Shown: positions 21,210-30,253 of the stretch, piece after piece | Numbering within the stretch: position 1 is the first letter of the stretch | How the letters are laid out: each line of letters starts with the position of its first letter | Origin: an uncultured Acidobacteriota bacterium | GTDB taxonomy: Bacteria; Acidobacteriota; UBA6911 | Direction: 5' to 3' | Length of the DNA stretch: 64,000 nucleotides | NCBI GenBank assembly: GCA_963809485.1 | Contig: CAWEJX010000020.1 | Coordinates: forward strand, 1,280,001 to 1,344,000 | Translations under genes and position numbers: made by a program | The notes under the pieces: generated by a model | What the model was told of the DNA's origin: nothing | Database searches by the model: none | The model's input: the letters and a program-made list of their open reading frames with translations, nothing else

Positions 21210-21941
21210 ATGAATCGATTCAAAGTTGAGGCGGTGATCCTTTGTTTGGCCCTGGTGGCCTTGGCATTTCCAGTCGCGGCAAAGGCCGACGAATGGAACA
21301 AAAAAACCACCGTCACATTCAGCGCGCCGGTCGAGATTCCGGGTGTAGGAGCCCAGGTGTTGCCGGCTGGCACCTATGTCTTTAAGCTGTTGAATTCACA
21401 ATCCAACCGGAACATTGTTCAAATCTTCAACGAACGGCAAGACCATGTATTTTCAACCATTCTTGCGATTCCAAATTTCCGTTTGCAGGCGACCGATAAA
21501 ACCGTCATGACGTTCAGGGAAAGGGCGTCCGGTGAGCCGGAGGCCATCCGAGCATGGTTTTATCCCGGGAACAGATGGGGTCAGGAATTTGTGTACCCAA
21601 AAGCAAGGGCTATCGAAATTGCGAAGCTGACAAATATACCCGTTCTCGCGATGCCTACGGAACTGGCCACGAACCTTTTGGAACCGGTAAAATCGGCGGA
21701 TGAACCGCCCGTAATAGCTTTGATACAGGCGCCGGTCGAGGCCGTAAAACCTACCGGAGAAGTAGTCGCAATGACTGAAGTCGTTGAGCCACCGCCTGTG
21801 GAGACAGCCGCGGTACAGTCAACGGAGCCTTACCAGAACCTGCCCGAAACAGCCAGCCCAATGGCGCTATTGGGCTTGATTGGTTTGTTATCGCTTGCCG
21901 CAGGCGTTGGTCTTTCAGTAATTTCGAAGCGGCGTGTTTGA
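21210..21941 (+). CDS. Secreted sortase-substrate protein (LPxTA sorting signal)
   Basis: Signal peptide ending AKA; C-terminal LPETAS + TM helix + KRR. Confidence 0.85.
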   Translation: MNRFKVEAVILCLALVALAFPVAAKADEWNKKTTVTFSAPVEIPGVGAQVLPAGTYVFKLLNSQSNRNIVQIFNERQDHVFSTILAIPNFRLQATDKTVMTFRERASGEPEAIRAWFYPGNRWGQEFVYPKARAIEIAKLTNIPVLAMPTELATNLLEPVKSADEPPVIALIQAPVEAVKPTGEVVAMTEVVEPPPVETAAVQSTEPYQNLPETASPMALLGLIGLLSLAAGVGLSVISKRRV

Positions 21942-21996
21942 GCAAGCGAGGTTGTGCGTGCCGTCAAGAGGGGCTCATTGGGGACGTTTAGGCAAC

Positions 21997-22032
21997 GGGT
22001 TCCCCCCCCGCGCGGAAAAGGGGGGGCGACCC
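21997..22032 (+). terminator. GC-rich hairpin between substrate and VWA genes
   Basis: GGGTTCCCCCCCC...GGGGGGGCGACCC; no clear T-tract. Confidence 0.4.
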
Positions 22033-22170
22033 TTAGCGGGGCTATGATAAGACCCTATGCGTGCCCCATGAGGGCAGGCTAGTATGACCTGCCCTCATGG
22101 CTGGTGGGGTTTGTGGCCACGCGCGCGACTCCGGTGCTATCGCTCAGATTCCAAAACTGGACTGGACTGT

Positions 22171-23199
22171 ATGAGAGAGCCTTCCCATGCCGAAGAATTC
22201 CGTTCCAGGGGCAAATGTTTCCCCACAACCCTGTGTCTGGCCTGTTGTTTTTACTTGATTGTTCTGCCAGGCATGTTCCAGCAGCAGGAATACTCCCAGT
22301 CCCAGAGCGGCGAAGGTGACCCGTACACGATTAGCGTAAGCGTTGGCACGGTGGTCTTGAACGCGACCGTGCGTGATCGCAAAGGCATCCTTGTTTCAGA
22401 TCTCGTCAAAGAAGACTTTCAGGTTTATGAGGACGGAATCCCCCAACAAATCGAATGCTTCAGCCACGAAGATATTCCGGTCACCGTGGGCCTGGTCGTC
22501 GACAACAGCGGAACCATGAGGCCGAAACGCCCTGAGGTGATTGCAGCGGCCCTGGCGTTTGCCCACTCCAGCAACCCTGCGGATCAGATGTTCGTGGTTA
22601 ATTTCAACGAGAATGTATCCTTTAGCCTTCCAGACAACCTGCCGTTCACGGACAAAGCGGCTCAACTCGAGATTGCCCTGTCTCGAATTGCCGCGGACGG
22701 CATGACGGCACTCTACGACGCCGTGGCGGCTGCGCTCGATCACCTGAAGAAGGGCGATCGGGACAAAAAAGTGCTGATTGTTATCAGCGATGGGGAGGAT
22801 AACGCCAGCAAACTCAAATTGGACAGGATTCTGGCTCTGGCAGGGCAGTCGGACGCAATCATTTACACCATAGGAATCTTTGATGAGAACAATCCCGATC
22901 GGAACCTTCGGGCGCTCAAGCGGCTGGCAAATGCTACCGGTGGCGAAGCTTTCTTGCCGGGCTCGGCAAAAAACGTTGTCCCCATCTGTGAGCGAATCGC
23001 CTATGACATTCGCAACCAATACTCCATAACCTATCTGCCCACGAATAAAAAGCAGGATGGCAGCTTTCGGGCTATTCAGGTGACGGCCGGAGCACGGGAT
23101 GGCAGACGCCTGTCCGTCCGCACCCGCGCAGGTTACTACGCACCCTTAAAATCTGAATCCTTGCCGACAAGTGAGCAACCCCATGAAAATGCGAATTAG
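22171..23199 (+). CDS. VWA-domain protein (Acidobacterial VWFA type)
   Basis: MIDAS-like DNSGTM, TALYDA, ISDGEDN, TGGEAF, RTRAGYYA. Confidence 0.9.
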   Translation: MREPSHAEEFRSRGKCFPTTLCLACCFYLIVLPGMFQQQEYSQSQSGEGDPYTISVSVGTVVLNATVRDRKGILVSDLVKEDFQVYEDGIPQQIECFSHEDIPVTVGLVVDNSGTMRPKRPEVIAAALAFAHSSNPADQMFVVNFNENVSFSLPDNLPFTDKAAQLEIALSRIAADGMTALYDAVAAALDHLKKGDRDKKVLIVISDGEDNASKLKLDRILALAGQSDAIIYTIGIFDENNPDRNLRALKRLANATGGEAFLPGSAKNVVPICERIAYDIRNQYSITYLPTNKKQDGSFRAIQVTAGARDGRRLSVRTRAGYYAPLKSESLPTSEQPHENAN

Positions 23200-23866
23200 G
23201 TGGATGTCTCTCCCAAGGCGAGATAGTCCATGGCTCCGTTGGAGCCGATACCTTTTCTTTATCATTGGCATTCTTGCGCTGGGCTATGTCGGCTTCGCGC
23301 TGCTCGACGCGCGACTCTATCAGGCGGATCAATCCCGAAGATTTGAGCAGGAGTTGAACGGTTTGAAGTCGAATATCGTCAGCGATGAGCGATTTCACGC
23401 ATCCTCAATTTCTCCAGCGCCTGCGAAAGAAAGCCTCGTGAGAGCTGAGCGCATTGACACAGCAGGCAGCGGTCGAACTGCTTTGGGGCAAATTGAGATA
23501 AGCGCAATAGGCCTCAAAGCAATGATCCTGGAGGGCACAGACGCACGAACATTGCGCCGGGCAGTCGGGCACATCCCCGGCACCGCGCTGCCGGGCCAGC
23601 GAGGGAACGTCGCGATCACGGGACACCGGGACACATTTTTCAGACCGCTGCGCAATATCCGTAAGGACGATGAGATCAGGTTGACGACGCTAAACGGATC
23701 GTACCGATATTGGGTGGACTCTGCCACGGTAGTCGAGCCCGCCAACACGGAAGTACTGGACAATTCCGATGATGCAATTCTGACTCTGGTGACCTGTTAT
23801 CCATTTTATTATGTTGGCCCTGCACCTAAGAGGTTTATTGTCCGCGCACACAGGATTCTGGATTGA
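23183..23866 (+). CDS. Sortase (class D-like)
   Basis: N-terminal TM; GNVAITGHRD (His), LTLVTCYPF (Cys), RFIVRA (Arg). Confidence 0.92.
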   Translation: MKMRIRWMSLPRRDSPWLRWSRYLFFIIGILALGYVGFALLDARLYQADQSRRFEQELNGLKSNIVSDERFHASSISPAPAKESLVRAERIDTAGSGRTALGQIEISAIGLKAMILEGTDARTLRRAVGHIPGTALPGQRGNVAITGHRDTFFRPLRNIRKDDEIRLTTLNGSYRYWVDSATVVEPANTEVLDNSDDAILTLVTCYPFYYVGPAPKRFIVRAHRILD

Positions 23867-23964
23867 GGTTTCCTTCGGAGACTCCAGGATAGCCTGTCAC
23901 TCGGTTTCTCTCTGCTAAGCGGCTCGCCGGATGCTGGCAAATTGCATGTTGCTTTCTCCACTTT

Positions 23965-24110
23965 AAGCATTTCCATGGCCACTGCAGGGCGGGTGATATA
24001 GCGGGCCTGGGACTCCAGAGAGGCGATTGCGGCGGCATCGACCGGCGGCCCGGCATAGACTGAAAATCCCGGGTGTACCCAGGACAACAGATTCTGCATG
24101 AAGGATTCCG
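23965..24110 (-). pseudogene. IS91-like (Y2) transposase remnant
   Basis: LLSWVHPGFSVYAG...LESQARYITRP. Confidence 0.55.
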
Positions 24111-24123
24111 TAATTTATGTGGA

Positions 24124-24188
24124 TGAGCAATTTTGCCCACTCCTCTGAGCAGTAATGGACTGAGATGATTATTGGGCTGGGCTATAAA
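24124..24188 (+). promoter_or_regulatory. Tandem-site promoter module P11
   Basis: TGAGCAATTTTGCCCA-6-TGAGCAGTAATGGA-CTGAGA-17-TATAAA. Confidence 0.8.
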
Positions 24189-24230
24189 GATAAAGCGTTG
24201 AGCTGTCGGTCAGGACGTACGAGGTGGCAT

Positions 24231-25055
24231 ATGCGACAACGAATGATATGGGCGGTGTTTTTCTATCTTGGTGTGGCAGCCTGTTTATCGGCCCAGACTG
24301 AACGCTTCATTCCCCCCATTGAGGACATCATTGCCGGCATGGCGCAAGCCCGGGCAGAAAATCAGGTAAGCTTTCGTTCCTACATTGTCACCCGCAACTA
24401 CAATCTGTTTGGGAAAGAAAGAGCGAAAACCAAGTCCCAGGTGATTGCCGAGATATCCTTCGTTCCCCCGGCCACCAAAACGTACACGATACAAAAAATC
24501 AATGGCACCGGCTTCGGGGAAACAATCGTTCGCCGAATGTTAATGAGCGAGGTGGACATTGCACGAAATTACACCTCAACGGACTTCTCGACGGACAATT
24601 ATGACATCCGTTTCATCCTCGAGGAAAATGTAGGGGATCAACGCTGCTATGTGCTCGAGCTGCTTCCCAAACGAAAAGATAAGAATCTACTGCGAGGGAA
24701 AATTTGGGTTGATGCAGTCACCTACCTGCCCCAGCGCATCGAGGGTGCACCCAGCAAGACCCCCTCATGGTGGCTGCGGAGCTTGCGATTCGAGCTTATT
24801 TACGGCGAGGTCGGCGGAATGTGGCTGCAGACGGCCCTGGAAGCCACCGCCACGGTCCGAATCCTCGGCCCCCACACGATGGTTTCGCACGACGTGAAAT
24901 ACCAGCTGGGCGATCAGGTTGTTGCCGTTCACCCTAAAGCTGCCGGATGGGTTGATTCAGTAGGTCCGGCGATAAGACAGCCGCAGATCAACCATGAGCT
25001 CCCTATATTCGCGGACGGGGTAAAGGCCAAGGCTGCATCCGGGCTTTGGCCATAA
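24231..25055 (+). CDS. Secreted LolA/MucB-like fold protein
   Basis: Signal peptide; CYVLELLPKRKDKNLLRGKIWVDA...RIEG. Confidence 0.7.
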   Translation: MRQRMIWAVFFYLGVAACLSAQTERFIPPIEDIIAGMAQARAENQVSFRSYIVTRNYNLFGKERAKTKSQVIAEISFVPPATKTYTIQKINGTGFGETIVRRMLMSEVDIARNYTSTDFSTDNYDIRFILEENVGDQRCYVLELLPKRKDKNLLRGKIWVDAVTYLPQRIEGAPSKTPSWWLRSLRFELIYGEVGGMWLQTALEATATVRILGPHTMVSHDVKYQLGDQVVAVHPKAAGWVDSVGPAIRQPQINHELPIFADGVKAKAASGLWP

Positions 25056-25256
25056 TCAATTGTGAACAGACGCGTGCTTCCGCCATTAATTGTTGCTGAC
25101 AGGGGTTTAAAGCTATGCAGGAAAAATTATTACAGTCCGATTCGGCGTCAGCCGATCCAGATTGCCTCGAATCTGGTATAAATTCCTTTTTTAGAGGAAG
25201 ATAGCAGGAAGCCAGCAGCAGTCAATGGCGGAAACACCGCCGCCCGTGAAGACGGT

Positions 25257-25321
25257 TGAGCAATTCTGAACACACTCTTGAGCAAGATTGAACTTACTAT
25301 TAAATCCCGCCGGAGTATAAA
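25257..25321 (+). promoter_or_regulatory. Tandem-site promoter module P12
   Basis: TGAGCAATTCTGAACA-6-TGAGCAAGATTGAA-CTTACT-17-TATAAA. Confidence 0.8.
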
Positions 25322-25537
25322 CAGTCAGGCTTCAGCTACAAGCGAGAATCTGGCAGCATGCGCGAAAAGCTGAAGGGTCGCCTGGGCGGCTTTTGGGCCG
25401 AAAAGAGGCGACACGCACCACATCATAGCTTGTAACACACCGGGGAAAAATTGTATCGGAAAGGAATGACTGGCGAAGGTGCCCCTATATTTTCAACCCC
25501 TCTACATTAACCTCAACCAATAAAAAGGAGTTCATCC

Positions 25538-25744
25538 ATGTCAATCGCACGTGTCACTGAAATCAAATCGTCCTCCAAAAAGAGTTTCGATGATGCAATC
25601 AAGTCAGGTCTTGCCCGCGCCGGGAAAACTCTTACGAAGGTGAAATCCGCATGGATCGAGAATCAGGAAGTTCTGCTCGATGACAAAGGACAGGTCTCGG
25701 ATTACCGTGTGCAAATGAAGGTGACGTTTATTCTCGAAGAGTAA
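25538..25744 (+). CDS. Dodecin-family flavin-binding protein
   Basis: MSIARVTEIKSSSKKSFDDAI...YRVQMKVTF; AAGGAG RBS. Confidence 0.9.
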   Translation: MSIARVTEIKSSSKKSFDDAIKSGLARAGKTLTKVKSAWIENQEVLLDDKGQVSDYRVQMKVTFILEE

Positions 25745-26146
25745 TTCGAACTTGATGCCCACCAGCGTTTCCCACCGGTTGCCGTTTAAAAGACGCGATT
25801 CGACGAGGGATCGGTATTTCTACACGGTGGGTGCCGCGACGCGCCCGCAGGCAGCACTCCTTCAATGCCGATCCCTCTGTTACCGCCTGTCTTATTATTT
25901 GCGGCTGGTCAGGGACGTCCCGCACATTTTCGTGCAGGCTGTTTTTGGCTCGCGGGACCGCCGTGCCCTCGATTGCTGCAACACCCTTTCCTCAAAGGCA
26001 GCATCCACTGATCGCCAGCACCGTAAGAACTTTCTTAGTGCAGAGCGATATCCGCGCGGTCTTCCGGGTTTGTGTGGGTAGAAATGGTATAAAGGAACGC
26101 CGTTATGCAAGGTGCCGTTCCTAAGGGTCAAGCGGAGCCTTCCACG

Positions 26147-26326
26147 CTACCCTCCGAGGAATTTCTCCAGTTGGCCGATTTTCTTTTGGACCTTCCCGCC
26201 GATCTTTTCGACCTTGCCTTCGGCTTCCAAATCTGGATCGTTCGTCGCTTGACCAACCTTCTCTTTAACTTTGCCTTTCACCTCGTGAAATGTGCCCTTT
26301 GCCTTGTCCTCTGTGCTTTGCTTCAT
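26147..26326 (-). CDS. csbD: CsbD-family stress protein (59 aa, not in ORF track)
   Basis: MKQSTEDKAKGTFHEVKGKVKEKVGQATNDPDLEAEGKVEKIGGKVQKKIGQ; GGGAG RBS. Confidence 0.85.
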   Translation of the reverse strand: MKQSTEDKAKGTFHEVKGKVKEKVGQATNDPDLEAEGKVEKIGGKVQKKIGQLEKFLGG

Positions 26327-26750
26327 GGATTGTCTCCCTGGTAAATGTAAGATATAATCCAGACTTGGAGCCGTGCTTTGGGGATCAAGCTGCAGTACTG
26401 ACCCGCACGACAGTCCTTTTGCTTCCTACCCAGCATTAGAAGCGACGGTAAAGGAAGCTCTTTGTTCGCCTTTAAACACCCCCTATGCATTGACCCGCAT
26501 TTGGGAATGATATTTGTCAATAGCAGCCCTTATATTGGGTCTACGCACTGGCAGTCGGAAAGGGCTCTCTTTAGCACCGTTCCGTTTGCCGATCCAACTC
26601 AATGGACGTATAGTCGCTATCCGGAAATGTAGGGCACAGTGCACAGCATCATCGCAGGACCCATCTGGCGGATAGTGCTCTGATCCGTGAATGGATAATT
26701 CTCATATGCAAGCCAGCGACTGCCTGATCGGCATCGACATTCTCTTCGGC

Positions 26751-28088
26751 TTACCTCACCTCAATAGACGTAATCCTGTCGTTGAATTCCCCCGCCAGGT
26801 TCGACATATCACCGGTGACAGTCCTGCTGGCGCCGCCAAAGCTCTCATGCTCGTGAACAACCACTCGGGCTCTGCCAAAGATTCGGATGGATGAAATCCC
26901 ATCGTTAAAGCGGTCTTGCACTTTCCGCTGGCCATCGCCGGCGCTCATGCAAAAGCTGTCGCCGCGGTAGTCCGCGTCCATGAAGAAACACGCCCCGTTG
27001 CGGGGTACGCGACCGCCGCTCCAGACTTCGTACTGTCCTCGGGATTGCCCGCCATACTGCCCTTCATATTGGCTCCCTCCGGCGACTTGGAAGGAAGTGA
27101 TCCGGTCGCCCCAAGCGCCCAGATTCGGTGTATCCCGGCTGATAGTCTGGCGCGAACCGTTGAAGCTCTCATTGTCGTAGACTGTTACTTGGGCCCTGCC
27201 AAATACCCGGATCGATGAGATGCTGTCGTTGTATCGATCCCCGATATTCCGCACGCTCTCGTTGCTGCTGACGCAGAAATTCTCTCCCCTGTAATTCTCA
27301 TCCCTGTAGAAACATACACCATCACCGGGTTCGTTGCCGCTGCCCAAGCCTCCGTTTTGTCCTCGGGATAGTCCGCCATACTGTCCTCCATATTGGCGCC
27401 CTCCAGTGACCTGTAAGGAAGAGATCCGGTCGCCCCAAGCGCCCAGATTCGGTGTATCCCGGCTGATAGTCTGGCGCGAACCGTTGAAGCTCTCATTGTC
27501 GTAGACTGTTACTTGGGCCTCTCCAAATACCCGGATCGATGAGATGCTGTCGTTGTATCGATCCCCGATATTCCGCACGCTCTCGTTGCTGCTGACGCAG
27601 AAATTCTCTCCCCTGTAATTCTCGTCCCTGTAGAAACACACACCATCGCCGGGTTCGTTGCCGCGGCCCCAGCCCTCGAATTGTTCCCGGGATTGTCCGC
27701 CGTACTGTCCATCAGATTGGCGCCATGAGGTGCCCTGGAAGGAGGTAATCCGGTCGTTCCAGGCGCCCAGTTTCGGCATATTCCGGCTGACAGTCTGGCG
27801 CGAGCCGGTGAAGCTTTCATCATCGTAGACTGTCACTTCGGCCCTTCCAAAGATCCGGATGGATGAGATCCGGTCGTTGTAACGATCTCCGATATTCCGT
27901 AAACTCTCATTGCTGCTGACGCAAAAATTCTCTCCCTTGTAGTTTTCGTCCGTGTAAAAACACACGCCCTCTTGAGGCTGATTGCCTTTGTTCCGGCTTT
28001 GGCTCTGGGCCTCAAGCCGCGGGCTGAGGATTTGAATCAGGCTTAAAGCCATTAGGGTCAAAAAGGTGAATCCAATCGCTCGTTTCAT
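26751..28088 (-). CDS. Secreted protein with four beta/gamma-crystallin-like domains
   Basis: Signal peptide; four repeats of CFYxDxxYxG...NDxISSIR...xDRITS; GGGGAG RBS before ATG 28088. Confidence 0.85.
   Translation of the reverse strand: MKRAIGFTFLTLMALSLIQILSPRLEAQSQSRNKGNQPQEGVCFYTDENYKGENFCVSSNESLRNIGDRYNDRISSIRIFGRAEVTVYDDESFTGSRQTVSRNMPKLGAWNDRITSFQGTSWRQSDGQYGGQSREQFEGWGRGNEPGDGVCFYRDENYRGENFCVSSNESVRNIGDRYNDSISSIRVFGEAQVTVYDNESFNGSRQTISRDTPNLGAWGDRISSLQVTGGRQYGGQYGGLSRGQNGGLGSGNEPGDGVCFYRDENYRGENFCVSSNESVRNIGDRYNDSISSIRVFGRAQVTVYDNESFNGSRQTISRDTPNLGAWGDRITSFQVAGGSQYEGQYGGQSRGQYEVWSGGRVPRNGACFFMDADYRGDSFCMSAGDGQRKVQDRFNDGISSIRIFGRARVVVHEHESFGGASRTVTGDMSNLAGEFNDRITSIEVR
27100..27970. 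repeat. Tandem intragenic repeats, 324-bp period
   Basis: Sequence at 27121 recurs almost identically at 27445. Confidence 0.85.
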
Positions 28089-28183
28089 ATACGTCTCCCC
28101 TCTGCTTTTGCAGATGCAACGATTTCTCTTGGTAAGATTAGTGCGGCAACCCGGATTGTTGTTTAGCCCCCCTGTGTTAACCC

Positions 28184-29642
28184 CAATACTGTTCACTTAA
28201 TGAGTCGGATATGATTCTCAACCACTATCCACTTCGTTCTCGCTCGCTTACGCGGCCGCAGCGGATAATTGCTCATCTTTCGTTTGAGGCCGCGAGGATT
28301 GCTCCGCGATCGGCTAGATACGACGCGCTCTTGCAGGATCTCCATCAATACCGCCTCATGGAATGCTTTCCTGTCCCGAGGGGGGAATTGACGCGAACCG
28401 CGCGATTTTCCTGCGGACCACGCGGACCGCGTGCAGGAATGAAAGTGTATCCGGATCTTCGTTGGCCTTCAACGCCGCCTCGTGCATCAGTCCGCGGATG
28501 GCGAAGTGCGCCATCATCAATCCGTAAAATTCTTGCTGCACCAGATCTGGGGTTTTGCTTCGTAAGACAATCCGGGAGCCGCGCAAATGCGTCTTGAGTT
28601 CGTCCAAGGCCGTTTCGATTTCCCATCGTTCATGATAAAGCGCCGCCAACTCAATCGCCGGGGCGGCCTCGTGATCCAAAATCGTTGTCAGCAGCCGGTA
28701 GATAGGTTCGGCTCCGGGAATCCCCTCCAGCCTATATTCGACAACGCGAACAGTCACTCCATTCTGACCATGCCGCTGATCCTTGGGCGACTCATAAATC
28801 CTGCTCAGGTACGAGCCGTCGGGCAGACGTTTCTCGCACGGAAGGCGCAGATTCTTTTTTACCCTCCAGAGCAGGTCTGCGCCGGTCGAACGTGCCTGAT
28901 TCCACAACGCAAATCCAAAGAAGTTTCGGTCGGCAAGACACAGCATCCCTTTGGCCAAAGAAGACAATACTTGTTTGGCCAGGGTAATCTCTCCCGTGTC
29001 TACTCCTCCCATCCGGGTTCCAAACAACACGTGAGTTCCATTTTCAACCAGGGATACGAAGCGAATCTGGGGAAACGCACTCTTGCCTCGGCTGGCGGAA
29101 GGCCGGCCAAACGACTTTGCATTATCTTTTTCGTCTGCGGTATCCAAAGTGCTGCCATCTATGCTGACCAGACGCCACCTGCGATACCATGCCCCTTGGG
29201 TCGACTCGACAGCAATAGGTTTCACAATCCTGTCGTGCAATCGCTGGAGTGGTTCCCATCCCAGACGTGTACGCGCCTGAGAAATACCGGACTTGCCCGT
29301 CACCTTGACAGTGGCCCCCGGTCCCAGAAGCCACTGGATGCCTTCAAAAAGGCAGCGCAGCACCTCGCGGTAGGAGGACTGCATGTACAAGGCCAATGCG
29401 ATTACATAGTAGACAACCACGTGAGCGGGCAGATCCCTTTGTCTTACGCTGGCTTTGCCCGTACCGCGGAGCACAGCCTGGATTGCAGCGGGCGGAAACG
29501 TCTTTGTCAGTACCCCCAGGCTGATGAAATCGGTTATACGTGTGCCGCTGGGGAGTTCAGCAATAGTTCGTGCCATAAGTGGTCCTCCTGTCAAATTTAT
29601 TGACAGGATACCACAGATTACACTGTTAAGTGAACAGTATTG
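28184..29642 (-). mobile_element. Complete IS4-family insertion sequence (1459 bp)
   Basis: Perfect 17-bp TIR CAATACTGTTCACTTAA; 10-bp target duplication GTGTTAACCC at 28174-28183 and 29643-29652. Confidence 0.95.
28356..29576 (-). CDS. IS4-family DDE transposase
   Basis: IDGST, LADRNF, YHERWEIE (YREK) motifs. Confidence 0.93.
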   Translation of the reverse strand: MARTIAELPSGTRITDFISLGVLTKTFPPAAIQAVLRGTGKASVRQRDLPAHVVVYYVIALALYMQSSYREVLRCLFEGIQWLLGPGATVKVTGKSGISQARTRLGWEPLQRLHDRIVKPIAVESTQGAWYRRWRLVSIDGSTLDTADEKDNAKSFGRPSASRGKSAFPQIRFVSLVENGTHVLFGTRMGGVDTGEITLAKQVLSSLAKGMLCLADRNFFGFALWNQARSTGADLLWRVKKNLRLPCEKRLPDGSYLSRIYESPKDQRHGQNGVTVRVVEYRLEGIPGAEPIYRLLTTILDHEAAPAIELAALYHERWEIETALDELKTHLRGSRIVLRSKTPDLVQQEFYGLMMAHFAIRGLMHEAALKANEDPDTLSFLHAVRVVRRKIARFASIPPSGQESIP

Positions 29643-29881
29643 GTGTTAACCCGCATTATTCAGTGCGCCCCAACTGCGGCGGATCCGGGCATGTCTACCG
29701 CGTTGCACTCCGTCGGGCTCCTCGACGTACTGTCGAGTGCGTCTGCGGGGCCCTCGGCCGCGCACCGGTTAGCGCAGCGGCGAATCCATGCCCGTCTGCG
29801 CCGCCTCGCTACGAACCTTCATGAATAATGCAAGCGAAAGGTTGTGCGCCTGGCCAGATACTGGCTGGCATCTGAAGATAT

Positions 29882-29946
29882 CTTTTATCATTGCGGGAAT
29901 CTGGCGTCAGTTCAATACAGCTCATATCCATGGCCAGAATTGCTCG
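29882..29946 (-). promoter_or_regulatory. Tandem-site promoter module P13
   Basis: Minus strand: CGAGCAATTCTGGCCA-6-TGAGCTGTATTGAA-CTGACG-17-TAAAAG. Confidence 0.8.
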
Positions 29947-30253
29947 TTGCCCAAATGGGTGACAACATTGCCGGCGTAACAATGCCGGCGTAGCAGCCGG
30001 TGCTGCGCTGACATTCCGCTGCTCCTGCTGCCAGGCTCATCATGAGCGTGGCAAGCGGTTCTATTTGCAGGCATTTACGGCACGGCAGAGTTTTTTCACC
30101 CTGTGGCACTATTGCATCGTTTCGCCATCGACAGGCATTGCCTCCCCTAATCCCGCGCTAAGGCGCCGAGGGGCGCGTCATCCCTGCAATTCCTAAAACT
30201 TTTCTGGAGAAAATGCTTGACTTTTTATTATGGATGGGATACATAGCCAATCC

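Noticed and set aside
25053-25076. Partial module TAATCAATTGTGAACAGACGCG
   Set aside because: Only one site, and no correctly spaced -10
26385-26410. Possible site upstream of csbD (GGGTCAGTACTGCAGC on the minus strand)
   Set aside because: Single weak site; spacing to any -10 does not match the module
28089-28196. N-terminal extension of the crystallin ORF and ORF 29630-29824, both starting MNSIGVN
   Set aside because: Both start inside the IS4 TIR/TSD; the real start is ATG 28088 with an RBS
28587-29603. 338-aa plus-strand ORF and other long antisense ORFs
   Set aside because: Shadows of genes on the opposite strand, with no recognisable motifs
1621-29946. Recurrent motif as a CRISPR array or integron attC sites
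   Set aside because: Copies are kilobases apart, degenerate and upstream of genes with fixed -35/-10 geometry; there are no cas genes, no integron integrase and no RYYYAAC/GTTRRRY boxes
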